Source of the DNA: an uncultured cyanobacterium
Lineage (GTDB): Bacteria; Cyanobacteriota; Cyanobacteriia; Cyanobacteriales; Nostocaceae
DNA length: 64,000 bases
Reading direction: 5' to 3'
NCBI GenBank assembly: GCA_963706595.1
Contig: OY970166.1
Span: 3,008,001 to 3,072,000 of the forward strand
Part shown: piece after piece, positions 62,514-64,000 of the stretch
Position numbering within the stretch: the stretch's first letter is position 1
How the letters are laid out: each line of letters begins with the position of its first letter
Notes under the pieces: model-generated
What the model was told of the DNA's origin: nothing
Databases searched by the model: none
Seen by the model: the letters and a program-made list of their open reading frames with translations, nothing else
Program-made: the position numbers and the translations under genes

Positions 62514-63287
62514 ATGAAAGCGGTAATTCTGGCTGGAGGACTTGGTACACGACTCAGTGAAGAAACTAGTATCAGACCAAAGCCCATGGTTGAAGTTGGT
62601 GGTAAACCAATTCTTTGGCACATCATGAAGACTTACTCTGCTCACGGTATTAATGACTTCATTATTTGTTGTGGATATAAAGGTTACATCATTAAAGAGT
62701 ATTTTGCTAATTACTTTTTACACATGTCAGATGTTACCTTTGATATGCGATTTAACCAAATGAACGTGCATTCTGGTTATGCTGAACCCTGGCGCGTCAC
62801 CTTAGTTAATACGGGGGATGACACAATGACAGGTGGACGCTTAAAGCGCATCAGCGAGCATCTTGGTAATAGCACATTTTGCTTCACTTATGGTGATGGT
62901 GTCAGTAACATCAATATCACAGAATTAATTAAATTCCATCAAGAACAAAAAACTTTAGCGACACTCAGCGCCGTCCAACCCGCAGGACGGTTCGGTGCTA
63001 TTTCTTTAGGACAAGAGCAAACTAAAATTAGCAGCTTTCACGAAAAGCCTGAAGGCGATGGTGCATGGATTAATGGCGGTTACTTTGTTTTAGAACCGGA
63101 AGTAATTAACTTAATTGCTGATGACTCTACAGTTTGGGAGAAAGAACCATTAGAAAAACTGGCACAGATGGATCAGCTATCGGCTTTTAAACATAATGAT
63201 TTTTGGCAGCCAATGGATACTTTACGCGATAAAAATTACCTGGAAGAGCTATGGAAAAGTGGCCATGCTCCTTGGAAGGTGTGGTGA
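62514..63287 (+). CDS. rfbF: glucose-1-phosphate cytidylyltransferase
   Basis: MKAVILAGGLGTRLSEET..RPKPMVE, TMTGGRLKR, TYGDG, FWQPMDTLRD. Confidence 0.95.
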   Translation: MKAVILAGGLGTRLSEETSIRPKPMVEVGGKPILWHIMKTYSAHGINDFIICCGYKGYIIKEYFANYFLHMSDVTFDMRFNQMNVHSGYAEPWRVTLVNTGDDTMTGGRLKRISEHLGNSTFCFTYGDGVSNINITELIKFHQEQKTLATLSAVQPAGRFGAISLGQEQTKISSFHEKPEGDGAWINGGYFVLEPEVINLIADDSTVWEKEPLEKLAQMDQLSAFKHNDFWQPMDTLRDKNYLEELWKSGHAPWKVW

Positions 63288-63377
63288 TTCGTAATAGGGT
63301 TTACCGCAGGCTACGCCAAGGTAAATACCATATCTAAAGCTTTATTTACACCGTGCTGCAATAGGAGAAATTATCTA

Positions 63378-64000
63378 ATGGAATCAAAATTTTGGGCGGG
63401 AAAAAAAGTTTTTGTCACGGGACATACAGGCTTTAAAGGTAGTTGGTTATCTCTGTGGTTACAAATGTTAGGGGCTGAGGTGTGTGGTTACGCTTTAACT
63501 CCTCCCACAACTTTGAATTTGTTTGAATTAGCTCATGTTGCTGATGGGATGACATCGGTAGTAGGAGACATCAAAGATTTAGATTTTCTCAAAGAAGTGA
63601 TGCAAAGCTACCAACCAGATATTGTCATCCATCTGGCAGCGCAGGCGTTGGTACGGGAATCTTACTACAACCCAGTAGATACCTATGCCGTGAATATCAT
63701 GGGAACAGTCAACTTATTGGAAGCAGTCCGAAATGTACCCAGCGTCAGAGCTGTAGTTTCGGTTACTTCTGATAAGTGTTATGAAAATCGGGAATGGGTT
63801 TGGGGCTACCGGGAAACTGATGCTATGGGGGGATATGACCCTTATAGCAGTAGTAAAGGATGTGCTGAATTAGTTACTACAGCTTATCGTCAATCATTTT
63901 TCAATCCTGCTGATTACGCACAACATGGGGTAGCTATAGCCAGTGTTCGAGCCGGAAATGTGATTGGCGGCGGAGATTGGGCTAAAGACCGACTGGTTCC
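63378..64000 (+). CDS. rfbG: CDP-glucose 4,6-dehydratase (partial, runs off window)
   Basis: MESKFWAGKKVFVTGHTGFKGSWL, HLAAQALVRESY, TSDKCYEN, DPYSSSK, RAGNVIGGGDW. Confidence 0.93.
   Translation, partial: MESKFWAGKKVFVTGHTGFKGSWLSLWLQMLGAEVCGYALTPPTTLNLFELAHVADGMTSVVGDIKDLDFLKEVMQSYQPDIVIHLAAQALVRESYYNPVDTYAVNIMGTVNLLEAVRNVPSVRAVVSVTSDKCYENREWVWGYRETDAMGGYDPYSSSKGCAELVTTAYRQSFFNPADYAQHGVAIASVRAGNVIGGGDWAKDRLV

Overview
64 kb chromosomal window from a heterocyst-forming-type (Nostocales-like) cyanobacterium, judged from frequent HIP1 octamers (GCGATCGC), heptamer STRR tracts and the photosynthesis genes. Housekeeping content: psbA, psbO, rubA-ycf48-psbEFLJ, psaI, ndhCKJ, ftsQ-ftsZ, grxC-gshB, hflX, cofG, a sigF-type sigma factor, sbtAB, ftsH and rfbF-rfbG. 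The main candidate for a new system is a minus-strand operon at 19-8438: two tandem Rieske non-heme iron oxygenases, a divergent HemF paralog, a small membrane protein, an ATC-hydrolase-family (TolI-like) protein, a covalent-FAD oxidase (TolJ-like, split by a 1-bp frameshift) and a DevB/DevC exporter, with a divergent ribbon-helix-helix regulator and a repeat-rich putative operator. This resembles the core of tolyporphin tetrapyrrole clusters but carries Rieske oxygenases where those have P450s, so it may make an undescribed porphyrinoid. Also present: a two-gene Z1-domain candidate defence locus, a TerY-P triad with a TPR-tailed kinase, three TA modules (one with a nonsense toxin, one bracketed by direct repeats), a three-level nested insertion (repeat, MITE, IS4), tnpB remnants, sbtA/sbtB fragments, small dispersed repeats inserted in HIP1 sites and coding regions, and a probable non-AUG start for hflX. 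All family calls come from motif recognition by eye; no database searches were run. No tRNA, rRNA or CRISPR array was seen.
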